Shown one piece after another: positions 50,408-61,935 of a stretch of DNA of 64,000 nucleotides. The position numbers were made by a program, and so were the translations under genes. The stretch spans positions 374,604,001 through 374,668,000 of the forward strand of contig OZ024742.1 of the NCBI GenBank assembly GCA_964016885.1, in the 5' to 3' direction. Each line of letters starts with the position of its first letter. The stretch's first letter is position 1. The notes under the pieces were generated by a model. That model worked only from the letters and a program-made list of their open reading frames with translations. It did no database searches and was not told the origin of the DNA. This DNA comes from Eledone cirrhosa. Taxonomy: Eukaryota.

Positions 50408-50606
50408 CGAGGGTTGGCTGAAAAGTCCATAGGCTGACCAAGATACTCTCATGGTATGACCAAATAAGGTTTATTTTCCAACATAGTCCTTGGAAAGAAA
50501 CAATGGTAGTTATTAATAAGAAGAGTTGAAATTAATGCATACAAGATTTCACAGCTCTAGAATCATTCTTTCATTGTTAGCCTATGAAATTTTCAGCCAA
50601 CTCTCA
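50408..50606. mobile_element. Mariner-type MITE
   Basis: TIRs CGAGGGTTGGCTGAAAAGTCCATAGGCTGAC and GTTAGCCTATGAAATTTTCAGCCAACTCTCA, TA-flanked. Confidence 0.82.
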
Positions 50607-51335
50607 TAATTAACACTAACTACCACCTGGCCGTTAGGTGCCTTTAGCAGAGTCCCCTTTGTTGCAACCATTTGGGCCACATCTCTGCCAGCCTCAGAAA
50701 CCACAAAAAAAGTCATGGATAAACAGGTAAAAAAAAAAGGGGGTGCAAAAGTTGGCATTGTGCCTTATCAAAGAAAATCAATTATTGAGGTACCTGAGAT
50801 TGCCAGATACGTCAAACAACTATTTTTTATTTTTATTTATTTTGTATGAAAATCTCTGCTTGCCAGATTAGCATTTTCTTCTCACTGTGTTGATTTTCTT
50901 GTTGAATTAATAGCTTTGAAATATGTTAATATATTTCTAACAGATTCTCTATTAGAATATTTCATCAGATCAAAATCAATCACTGACTTAGAAACCTTGC
51001 CAAATAGTTTATGCTATATTTAGATCGATTAGCTTGTATAATTATAAAATATAATTTAATTGTCATTCTGTAGCTTTAGTCACACAGTAGACATAGTAAA
51101 TGGAAACAGTGATTGTTTCTGCCAGGAATTTTACTTCATTTCAGAAATATTTTTATAATTAAAAGATAAAATTTAATAATTTTAGAAATAGATTTGAAAG
51201 ATATTACCTACTCAATTTCTTATGTTTTCATGCATCAGATTACATGACATAACAATTCTGGTTTATTTTAAATAAATTATTGATCTTAATCAGTCTATTT
51301 TCATGCAGTTCATCATGTTGGAATATACATATTAT

Positions 51336-51828
51336 GGTTGTGTAGGTGTCATGACATAAAGCACCAAGCCTACACTATAAAGTGGTTGTGTAGGTGTCAC
51401 GATAAAAAGTACCCAGTCCACACTGTAAGGTGGTTGTGTAGGTGTCACAACATAAAGCATTCAGTGTACACTGAGAAGTGGTTGTGTAGGTGTCATGATA
51501 TAAAGTACCCAGTACACACTATAAGGTGGTTGTATAGTGTCACAACTAAAAGCATCCAGTCCATACTGTAAAATGGTTATGTAGGTGTCACGACATAAAG
51601 CACTCAGTTCACACTGTAAAATGGTCATGTAGGTGTCACAATAAAAAGCACCCTGTACACACTGTAAATGTGGTTGACATGAGGAAGGGCATCCAGCTAT
51701 AGAAACCAAGACAGAAACAGTTCTGTATGAGCAAGACACAGTCATCTGAACTGACTTGCCTCAAGTGGGTCAACCCATCTAACCCATTCTAGTGTGGAAA
51801 ATAAACATTAAACGATGATTATGATGAT
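51336..51828 (+). mobile_element. RTE-tail non-autonomous element with about 7 tandem 48-bp units
   Basis: Period 48 (51336, 51384, 51432), then GGAAGGGCATCCAGC...TTAAACGATGAT and TA. Confidence 0.85.
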
Positions 51829-52541
51829 ATATATATAAAATGTATATTATAATAAGAACACTGTCTGTCTGTTGATCTGTCCATCTGCCAAGCTCACTTT
51901 ATATAGAGAGGGGAAGCAACAAGCGAGAGATATGTACATAGAGAGAGAAAAGGGAACACTGTGTTTTCGAGGTGACAGAAAGAGATAGATTGATAGAAAG
52001 TTATGATGTCACCCTCATCTATATAGAGAGAGGGGGAGTGCCAAGTGAGAGAGATAAAGATATGTCATTTGTTTAGAGAGAGAAGGAGACTTCACTCTCA
52101 TCTAGTAATAATGGTAAGGGGCAGGAACGTATCAAAACAATATCTTTTAAGGATACCGACTCCAATGAAATACAAAATTTAGAATCCCACATCAGCAACC
52201 GGATCCATACTAGCATTGTGTGCCAATGGTAACTAAATGTTACACACCGATATACTATATATTTACAAAGTTATTTACACCATAGCAATAAACTTTAGTG
52301 GACCATGTATAACTTACTGCCTACTGTGAGGAGCTGTAAACTCTAAATCTCTTTGGTAAGAAGACATATATCTTCCATCTGAAACCGGCCATCATTCTGC
52401 AATACCAAACTGCTCGTTTTAAATTGTTCATGCTTATATTAAAACATTCCAACATAATTTTATGTGAGAAATGTTCCAAATATCGAAATCATGAAAATGT
52501 TAGTTATTTTACTAAATTCCTCCATATTTTTGAATATTTAA

Positions 52542-53422
52542 CCCTTTTATGACCACATTTCTAATGAAATATACTCTATCTAAACTATAATAAAGTAAGG
52601 AGTGCAGGACTGTGCCCAGAATTTATTTTTTTATCCCGTTTGTAAAATAAGTTGGATTACTTTGAATAAATAATTGTTTCTACTTTAGGCACAAGGCCAG
52701 TGTATTACTGGTTCTTTATTTTATCGACCCCGTAAGGATGAAAGGCAAAGTCAACCTCGGCGGGATTTGAACTCAGATCGTAAAGACTATGCTGGAAAGC
52801 ATGACGTCCGACCCTCTACCGATACTGCCAATGAATGAGAATATTACATAATTTATCTACTAAATTTTGTTATTCTTGATTAAGTATAAATAATATTGTT
52901 GCTTATTTTAAGATACACTTCTTTAACATTTTCAAATGTGAGCACTTCCGGTTAGCGATTGCTTAAATAAACATTCATATTTTTCCGTCACTAATTTTCT
53001 CCTAATGCAGTTTATATATAATATCGTCTTTTTTTAAATGTATCATGGATTACTTGACTGATGACATAAGACAGTGTAACACAGTCTTCATTTAATTTCT
53101 GTGGATATTGTCAATTACAATTTTATTTGATGTATCATATCTACATGTATATATACTTGTGTATAATATCAATATACACACTACACATATTAGCAGAAAA
53201 AGCACCTGAAGGGTGGTTTTTCTGCTAGTATGAATTAATTAATTAAGAATTTTGAGGGATTTACTAAAATTATTAATTATTTATTATTAAGATAGTAACT
53301 TAATGTAAGGTTCTTATATACAATTATGTTGGGAGATTTTAATTTAAATTGGAAACCTTTAAAATGGGTGGTTTTATTTCATAGAACCAGAGATGGTTTT
53401 GGTTGGGCTGGTAACTAAAGGG
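52542..53422. mobile_element. TTAA-flanked MITE (piggyBac-like ends) carrying nested insertions
   Basis: Ends CCCTTTTATGACC and GGTAACTAAAGGG. Both halves match the compact copy at 53627-53851. Confidence 0.65.
52672..52831 (-). mobile_element. SINE (same family as 16739-16920)
   Basis: Reverse complement of 16739-16920. Confidence 0.85.
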
Positions 53423-53626
53423 TTTAAAAATTAATTGAAACACATAGACATTGTCTTTCATTGGAAATTTGGTAATAAGTCAATTAATAGGAAAGTACCA
53501 CCATTGCACTAACATGAAACAAGGCAGCCTTTATATGACTGCTTGACCTTCTAGAATAGCAGCCAAATGTCCCTCAAATCACACTATAATTTTAAATGAG
53601 TAAGGATGTATCTAAATTCTTCTTAA

Positions 53627-53851
53627 CCTTTTCATGACCATATTTCTAATGAAATACACTCTTTCAATTAGTTAATGAAGAATTTTGAAGGATTTACTAA
53701 AATTATTCATTATTTCATTACTAGGATAGTAATGTAAGGTTCTTATATAAAATTATGTTGGAAGATTTTAATTTAAATTTGAAATGTTTAAAAAGGGTGG
53801 TTTTATTTCATAGAACCAGAGCTGGTTTTGGCTGGGTTGGTAACTAAAGGG
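53627..53851. mobile_element. 225-bp TTAA-flanked MITE
   Basis: TTAA-CCTTTTCATGACC ... GGTAACTAAAGGG-TTAA. Confidence 0.75.
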
Positions 53852-54070
53852 TTAATTCTTAATGTCATGTACTGCATTAAACACAGCAGCAATCACTTTT
53901 CTAAAGTACAAAACAACACTATGACTGCATCACATTAAAAATTTAATTCTTTACTTTAGTTTATTACAAATTTTTACAATGGTCTGTCCACTAAAAAAAC
54001 AAAACATTTTGAATTAACAAACCATTCTTAGATATTTTCTACTAAATCATTACAGGATGTTTCGAGTTAA

Positions 54071-54291
54071 CCCTTTATCATTTGCATTACTCTCTATTTA
54101 CTATTGTATTTTTGTGGTAAAGACTTTATCTTACATAATTATCTCACATAATATTGAATTTAAGAGATTTTGATGTTATTTATTTTAAGAACAATACCTT
54201 AACATCAGTATGAGCGGCCAGTTATGGCCAGTTTGAACAGAAAGAGGTAAGAGAATTCTGGCTGGATACGACCGGTTTAATTGTAAAAGGG
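54071..54291. mobile_element. TTAA-flanked MITE, second family
   Basis: TTAA-CCCTTTATCA ... TGTAAAAGGG-TTAA. Confidence 0.55.
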
Positions 54292-54563
54292 TTAATACTG
54301 CAATTTTTCACAGCAATCTCTCCACTAGTAAATATACTATAAACATTTTAATTAACAAACTGTTTTAGATATTTTCTACTAAATCATTACAAGATATATT
54401 TGTGAGTTTTATATTGAATGATAATAAAATTCAATTTGTTTGCCTCACAAATTCTAATTTTGTTTTTAATTTTCAGCAAAGACAGCTGTAAAATCGCTTG
54501 GTATGCAAATTAGGCTAATCAGCCGATGTATACTTTAGAGAATACTATACATTCTCAAGAGTT

Positions 54564-54653
54564 CTAGTGAGTGACAGAGAGAAATACACAATCTTGACGA
54601 AGGGCAATAACCCAGAAACAATATTGTCGATTGTTTCTCTCTGTCACCGCTAG
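54564..54653 (+). ncRNA. Hammerhead-like motif with a long stem I
   Basis: GTGACAGAGAGAAA..CAATC-TTGACGA-aGGG.....CCCa-GAAA-CAATATTG-TC-GATTG-TTTCTCTCTGTCAC. Two deviations from the consensus. Confidence 0.5.
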
Positions 54654-55189
54654 GACAAAAGGATGGCGATGGTCATCTAAAAAAAAAATAGAATAATGTG
54701 GTTGTTTGCTTGCAAACGTATCAAATATTATAATTATTTGATATAAAACTCACAAATACATTTACGTATCTGCTGTGTTAGAGTGAAAAACGAAATTCTA
54801 ATTTCATTACAAGATGTTAAAAGTTAAAAAGAATTATCAATTATTAACTCTGTCTCTTCTATCATTTCATGGAACTTTCCATGCTGGGCAGATCTTACAG
54901 CATCGCAGTTTCATTTTTTAAAGAGTATGACATATTTTAACTAAATCTTTTTGTCTAGAGCAATTAATGTTTTAAAGTCATTTTACCTGCTAAAGCAGTG
55001 ATTTTCCTTTTTGGTTCTATAACAGTCTTTTATCCCATCCTCTCCATTCCATCTCACCAACACCTTTGCCCTTATTTTATCTTCCGTTACCTTTAACTCT
55101 ATCTTTCTTGGTCTTCCCCTTCCTTTACTTCTATCTACATAGATTTTCATAACTTTCATATTTCCTCATCCCATTTCTTTTAACAAAAA

Positions 55190-55580
55190 ATGCCCAGCCC
55201 ACACTATAAAGTGATTGTGTAGGTGACAGGATAAAAGAGGGCTAGTACACACTGTAAAGTGGTCGTGTAGGTGACAAGACAAAAAGCACCCAGTCCACAC
55301 TGTAAAGGGGTCATGTAGGTGTCATGACAAAAAACACCCAGCCCACTATAAAGTGATTGTGTAGGTGTCATGACAAAAAGCACCCAGTCCACACTGTAAA
55401 TGTGGTTGGCATATGGGAAGGGTATCCAGCCATAGAAACTAAGCCAAAATCAGTTCTGTATGAGCAAGACATGGTCATCTAATCTGGCTTGTTTCACAGG
55501 AAGACAACTCGTCTAACCCATGCTAGCGTGGAAAAATGGACATAAAATGGATGTTAAAGGGTGATGGTGATAATGATGAT
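55190..55580 (+). mobile_element. RTE-tail non-autonomous element with 48-bp units
   Basis: Same organisation as 51336-51828. Confidence 0.8.
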
Positions 55581-56677
55581 ATATCTATCACATTTTATCT
55601 CAATCATCCTTTGCAATTCATTGTTTGTCATCCTCTCACTGTCTTACTCAGTTCATCCACTGAAACATTCTAATTTTCAGAGAATTCTTTTAGAAGCTTT
55701 CTCTAGATCAACAAACCCCAGAAACAACTTCTTCTTCTTGTCCCTGTACTTCTCCAACATAATGTAGTTTTGAAAATGATGTAGAGCATGGATTGCTTGG
55801 TGTGAGAGCTTGAAGAAGTGACTTTCTTGGAATGACTATATATAAAGTGAAGCTAGTCTGATGGTTTGGAATCTAGTTTAATAGTACAAGATAGTAATAA
55901 TAGATAAGAACTAAACTACTAAATAGTGCAGCCAAAATAGATAATGTTATACATATTTCTGACTCTATGTGTGGTTCAAATTTCAGTTTGGATTTTCAAC
56001 AACCTGGGCAAAGATATGAGTACCCTAGTGTTGAAATGAGGTAGTAATGGTGTCATGATAGTAAAGTGTATACTGGAAGGGCATCCAGTCATATAAACCA
56101 AGCCAAACCAGAATGTATGAACAAGACATGGTTATCTGACCTGTCTAGTTTCAGACTATGGTGACCCATCTCACTCATGCAAGCATGGAAAATAGATGTA
56201 AAATGGTGATGATGATGATAATCTGTTACTGTTTCACTTTTTAAGGCAATGTTTTTTCAGGTCCTTTTTGAGGCAAAAGCAGCGAATTTGCAGACTCCTT
56301 AGAACCTCAAATAGAATGATTTGTAATATTTATTCCATCTCTCTGTACTACTCTTGAGTTTAAATCCCTCCAAGGTCATCGTTATCTTTCATCCTTTCAA
56401 GGTTGATAAAGTACCAGTCAAGTACTGGGGTTGTTTCTTATTCTATATCTCTTTCTCGCTTCTTTTACTTCTTGCTTTCTCTCCTTTTCTGGAAGAAATC
56501 AGCTGTGTTCATCACACCTGGCAAAGAGTGGCTTAAAATGAGCAACATACACCATATGTTATGGCATGCCAACTTCATCAGGAGTTACTGGTCCATGGAT
56601 GGTTTTTGAGGCAATGTTTTACTATGGTTGCCCTTCCTGGTGCCAACCCTTTCAGTTGTCTCTTAGTATATGAAAGT

Positions 56678-58860
56678 CATCATCATCATCATCATCACCG
56701 TTTTACGTCCGTTCTTCCACGCTAGCATGGGTTAGACGGGTTGTCCTGTTGTGGGCAGTGTCTGGTCGGCTGACCATGCCTTGCTCATACAGGAACTGAT
56801 CTGGCTTGATTTCTACAGCTGGATGCCCTTCCTAACACCAACCTCATTTACAGTGAGTGCTGGGTGCTTTTTCGTGGCGCCTACACGTCCACTTTACAGT
56901 GTGGGCTGGGTGCTTTTTTGCCGTGGCACCTCCACGACCACCTTGCGGTGGGGGGGGGGGGCATATTGTTTATATGCTTCAGCATGTACCCATGGGAGGT
57001 CGGGTACCCTGTATTACTGCGTGACGCCAGAAGTCACGGTCGTGTGTCATTGACTTTGAGAGGTGTAGTTGGGTAAGGTCGGCTTTTATCACCTCATCCC
57101 AAGTCATCTTGGGTCTCCCCACTCCGCGGTTTCCATCAACTTCTAGTGCTCTGCACCTTTTTATGCAGCTGTCATCCTTCATACGCATCACATGTCCATA
57201 CCAGCGTAACCGCCTCTCCTGCACGCAGCATTTGATTCCTCTTATGCTCAGTCTCTCTCTCAATTCCTTTATGCTTTGTCGTTCACGTATATTACTGTTA
57301 CACATCCATCAGAGCATGCAGGCTTCGTTTCTCTCTAATCTACGTAAGTCTTCCACCTTCAGCGCCCAGGTCTCACTACCATGCAACATCGTTGTTCGGA
57401 TACACGCATCATACAGTCTGCCTTTCATTCTGAGGGAGAAGCCTTTTGCAGCTAGCAGTGGTAGTAATTCCCTAAACTTCTTCCATCCCGTTCTTACCCT
57501 AGTTATTGTACTTTCTGAGCACCCACCTCCGTTGCTAATTCGGTCACCTAGGTAGCAGAAGCTGTCTACTGTTTCTACAGGGCCCTCCCAGAGATTGGTG
57601 GTACTTGTTTCCTGTGGCTGTTTGCTTGCTGTTTCAGCACAGCTGCTGCATGTGAATCCTACATTCTTAATTAAGCTTCCTGAGATCCCGCTACATCTCT
57701 TGTGTACCCATTGTTTGCATTTGGGGCAGAGAATGGAGTTCCTACCTACACCTTTCCTACATACTGAGCAAGGCCATTTCCCTGAGGGGATCTGGGTTCT
57801 GTTTTCTCGTCTACTTACAAGGACCTTAGTCTTTGTCATGTTGACTTTGAGGCCCTTTCTCTCTAGTCCCTGCTTCCAGGTTTGGAATTTATTCTCTAGT
57901 TCTACCATAGATTCAGCTATGAGTGCGAGGTCATCAGCATACAGGAGTTCCCATGGGCATCCGGTCTTAAACTCCTCCGTTATTGCCTGCAGGACTATGA
58001 TGAACAGGAGAGGGCTAAGAACAGAGCCCTGGTGGACCCCAACCTGTACGCTAAATTCCTCGCTATACTCATTGCTAATCCTAACTTTGCTGACTGCTCC
58101 TCTATACATGGCTTGTACCGCTTTCACAAGCCATTCATCTACTCCTAGTTTTCTAAGAGCCCACCAGATTACTGCACGTGGAACTCTGTCAAAGGCTTTC
58201 TCAAGGTCGACAAATGCCAAGTAGAGTGGCTTACTTTTAGCTAGGTACTTTTCCTGTAATTGCCTCACAAGGAAGAGGGCATCAGTGGTGCCTTTCCCTG
58301 GTACAAACCCAAATTGCATCTCGTCTATATTCACCCGGTCCCTAATCAGCTGTGCTATAACTCTTTCTATTACTTTCATGACCTGGTCCATCAACTCTAT
58401 ACCTCTATAGTTTCCTCTATCTAGTGCATCGCCTTTACCTTTGTAGCAGTTGACAATGATGCTACTGCACCAATCTTTTGGTATGGCCCCCTCTAGTATT
58501 ACCTGGTTAACGATATGTGTGGTTATAGTGTGACCTACAGACCCAGATGCCTTCAGCATCTCGGCAGCTATACCCGATGGACCGGTTGCCTTCCCTATCT
58601 TCATATCTCTGATTGCCTTACTTACTACGCTGCCGCTGACTTGTACTGCTGGTCCCTCTATAGGGTCTACGTGGGGTAGGGTCTCTTCTTCCCATGCATT
58701 CTCCTCATTTAGTAATCTATCATAATGACTCTTCCATGCATCTTTCTTCTCAGCACTTGTGAGGGCAAGCTCACCTTTATCATTCCGGATACACTTCTCT
58801 CCAATGACATCACAACTATCTCTGACACACTGCCTCGCAATCTTGAATACCTCCTGTTTC
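56678..58860 (-). mobile_element. RTE subfamily B, young 2.2-kb copy; RT intact except for one CGA>TGA stop
   Basis: ORFs 57309..58862 and 56979..57305 are in the same frame. LYADD at ~57930-57944. (ATC)n tail. Confidence 0.97.
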
Positions 58861-59024
58861 ATATGACATATATGATAAACATATATGTCTCACTATGAAT
58901 GTTTTAAACCGTGATCATGTCACAGCTGTCTCAGTAGCCATGTGAAAATACCTGATACATGTTTCTGGACTTTTATCTGTCATCAGGGATGTCTACTCAC
59001 TTGGTAACCATCTAGAAGTTTTAA

Positions 59025-59597
59025 CTCTTTCATTACCATATTTCTAATGAAATACATTCTCTGAGAGAGTGGTAGTGTATTTCATTGCATATAATTTTCA
59101 AATAATTTTGAAAATAACCAAGAATTTGAATCATTAGTATTCTGGTGTTTGTAACATAACTAAATAAAGGTTCATAAAATTATGATGGAAGGTTTTTAGA
59201 TAACCCAGTCCACTCTTAAGGTGGTAGTGTTGGTGACACAATGAAAAGCCCACAGTCCACCATTTAAGGTGGTAATGTCTGAGTCATGATAAAATGCTCC
59301 CAGTACATGCTGCAAAGTGGTTGGCATTATGAAGGACATCCAGCCTTAGGAACCATTCTCCCAGTACATGCTGCAAAGTGGTTGTCATTAGGAAGTGCAT
59401 TCAACTATAGAAACCAAGCCAAAACAAAGCATGCAAGCAGGACTCATCACTTGTTTGACCGGGTCTCAGCAGGAGACAACCAGTCTATCCCATGCAAGCA
59501 TGGAAAAAAAATGTTAAATAATGATGATGATACTTTAAAATAAAATACTTTGTATTGTAGAAATAGATAGAGTTTCAGTTAGTTTGGTATGAAAGGG
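59025..59597. mobile_element. TTAA-flanked MITE (53627 family) with a nested RTE-tail element (~59200-59532)
   Basis: TTAA-CTCTTTCATTACCATATTTCTAATGAAATAC ... GGTATGAAAGGG-T-TTAA. Confidence 0.6.
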
Positions 59598-60300
59598 TTT
59601 AAATATGCTGCACTGTCCACCTATCAAATTAATTATTTATGTTATAAGTAGATTGTAGGAAACAGGGAGGATCTTTGTTTTAAACAAGGTATTTCTCCTA
59701 TGTCTTCCTTCCACTCTATAAATTATAAATGGCTACTCTCATTCAGTAAATAAAGTAATATACTTTAACTACCCTACCTTAGTCCTCCCCTACTCACATA
59801 ATTTACCCCCCCCCCACTCACATCATCTATCCCCCCCACACCCAACAATATCTATCAATAATATTGCTTAAGTTCATGAATTACCCCCTATATTGACCTG
59901 CATATTAACCTCTCCTAGACCAATAGATTTACAAATACATTACTAATGACTACCGTCCACTGTACTATACTACACTACACTGCACTGGTACAGTACTGTA
60001 CTATACAGCACTGCACTGGTACAGTACTCTACAGTGCAGTATGATGCAGTACAGTACTGTAGAATGCAGCTTAACTCTCTTTTCTGTAATTGATTGATTC
60101 CTGTACAATTATTTACACCTTAGCAGACTTCTGTACTACATACAGCCTGCTGTAAGCTGGAAATTACTCTAGCTAGACATGTACATTTACTTCTGTAATA
60201 TCATCATCATCACTGCCACCACAAATCTTTACTCTATTACTGCAGATATTCACTAGTAAACATATGATGAACATTTCAAGTAACAAACCTGATTTTAGAC

Positions 60301-60346
<46 letters not shown>

Positions 60347-60353
<7 letters not shown>

Positions 60354-61578
60354 GGATCACAGGTAAGCTAACTAAGAACATAGATTTTATATGTGGCCGG
60401 TGCTCTGGTGCAATAAGTAGCAGCAAGTGCCCACAGAATACTAACTCATTCCATTGCACAGATGGTTCTATAGAAATAGTGGACACCTTCCGTTACTTGG
60501 GTGACAAAATCAGCAGTGGTGGAGGGTGCTCTGAAAGTACAGTAGCTAGAGTCAGAACTGGATGGAAAAAGTTTAGAGAGCTTATACCACTATTAGCCGC
60601 TAAAGGGTTCTCTCTAAAAATGAAAGGCAGGCTGTATGATGCCTGCATACAAACAGCAATGTTACATGGCAGTGAGACCTGGGCATTGTGTGCAGAGGAT
60701 ATACGCAGACTGGAGAGGAACGAAGCTTGCATGCTCCGCTGGATGTGTAATAGTAATATACGTGAACGGCAAAGCATAAACGAACTAAGGGAAAAATTAG
60801 AAATAAGAGGGAGCAGATGTTGTTTACTCGAGAGAAGACTACGTTGGTATGGTCACGTAATGCGCATGAAAGACGACAGTTCTATAAAAAAGTGCAGGGC
60901 AATAAAAATAGACGGTAGCCACGGAGTAGGCAGACCCAGAAAAACCTGGGACGACTTGATAAATTCCGACCTCACACACTTACACCTCTCCAAGACAATG
61001 TCACTGGACCGAGATCTTTGGCGCTACACAGTGATACAGAAGACCCGCCTTACCTAAGTACAAAGTGAAACCTACTACAGTCAGTAGGCACCTCTAACAA
61101 AAATACACCCCGTCCCACTACCCCCACCCCACCCACACCACCCCTTTCAATGTAAAGTTATGTTGGTACCACAACATCCAGTCCGAAACAAATGAGACCG
61201 TGTAGGTGTCACGACAAAAAAACACACAGTCCATGCTGTAATGTGGCCGTGTAGGTAACACGGTAAAAACCTCCCACTCCACACTGTAAATGTGGTTGGT
61301 GTTGGGAAGGGTACCCAGCCGTAGAAAACCCGCCAGACGTGTAGGTGTCACAACAAAAAAAACACACAGTCCACGCTGTAATGTGGCCGTGTAGGTAACA
61401 CGGTAAAAACCTCCCAGTCCACACTGTAAACGTGGTTAGTGTTAGGAAGGGCATCCAGCCGTAGAAAACCCGCCAGACAGTCCTATGCGAGCAAGACAAC
61501 CACTCTTGCCTCAAGTGGGAAAACTCCCGTCCAAACCCATGCAAGCGTGGAAGATGGACGTTAAACGATGATGATGAT
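60347..61578 (+). mobile_element. RTE subfamily A, 5'-truncated, with duplicated 3' UTR segment
   Basis: ORF 60479..61057, 139-bp duplication (61200 and 61339), (GAT)n tail; (TA)n on both sides. Confidence 0.96.
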
Positions 61579-61589
61579 ATATATATATA

Positions 61590-61910
61590 TTCTTCTCTTC
61601 CTTGAGAAGGTCATGGGGGAAGAGTCCTGAAACACTCCTCCCAGCAGGTCCTGTCAGAAGCAACCATTTCCAACTGATCCAGCTGGATCCCCAAGCGAGA
61701 CCTGCCAAGCTCATGGATGTTATCCAACTATCTTGCTTGGGGTCTACCCCTGGGTCTCCTACCAGTTGGTTTTGTCTGTAAAATCTGTCCAGTAATTCTT
61801 TCCTGAAACATTCTAATCACATGCCCATAGTTTCGGAGCTGTGATCTCTCAATTCGGAGAAGTAGCTGCTCTACCTGGAGTGATTTTCTGATCTCTGAGC
61901 TATGCACACT
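61590..61910 (-). mobile_element. C-terminal fragment of a different RTE-type LINE
   Basis: IRKSLQVEQLLLRIERSQLRNYGHVIRM...PTGRRPRGRP. Confidence 0.75.
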
Positions 61911-61935
61911 ATGTCTATTTGTCTTTATATACATA

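Noticed and set aside
50645-50740. Possible plus-strand exon ending CAG|GTAAAA
   Set aside because: No recognisable protein similarity or partner exons, so it cannot be supported without RNA data.
50915-50978. Minus-strand CUGAUGA...GAAA hammerhead candidate
   Set aside because: Stems I and II are out of register with the core; plausible by chance in AT-rich DNA.
51843-52213. Second Helitron-like element (also a possible 3' end at ~15130-15160)
   Set aside because: The termini are too degenerate to support a call.
57595-58224. Long antisense ORFs over the RTE copies (also 26577..27023, 29252..29824)
   Set aside because: Shadow frames of the RT coding strand with no independent motifs.
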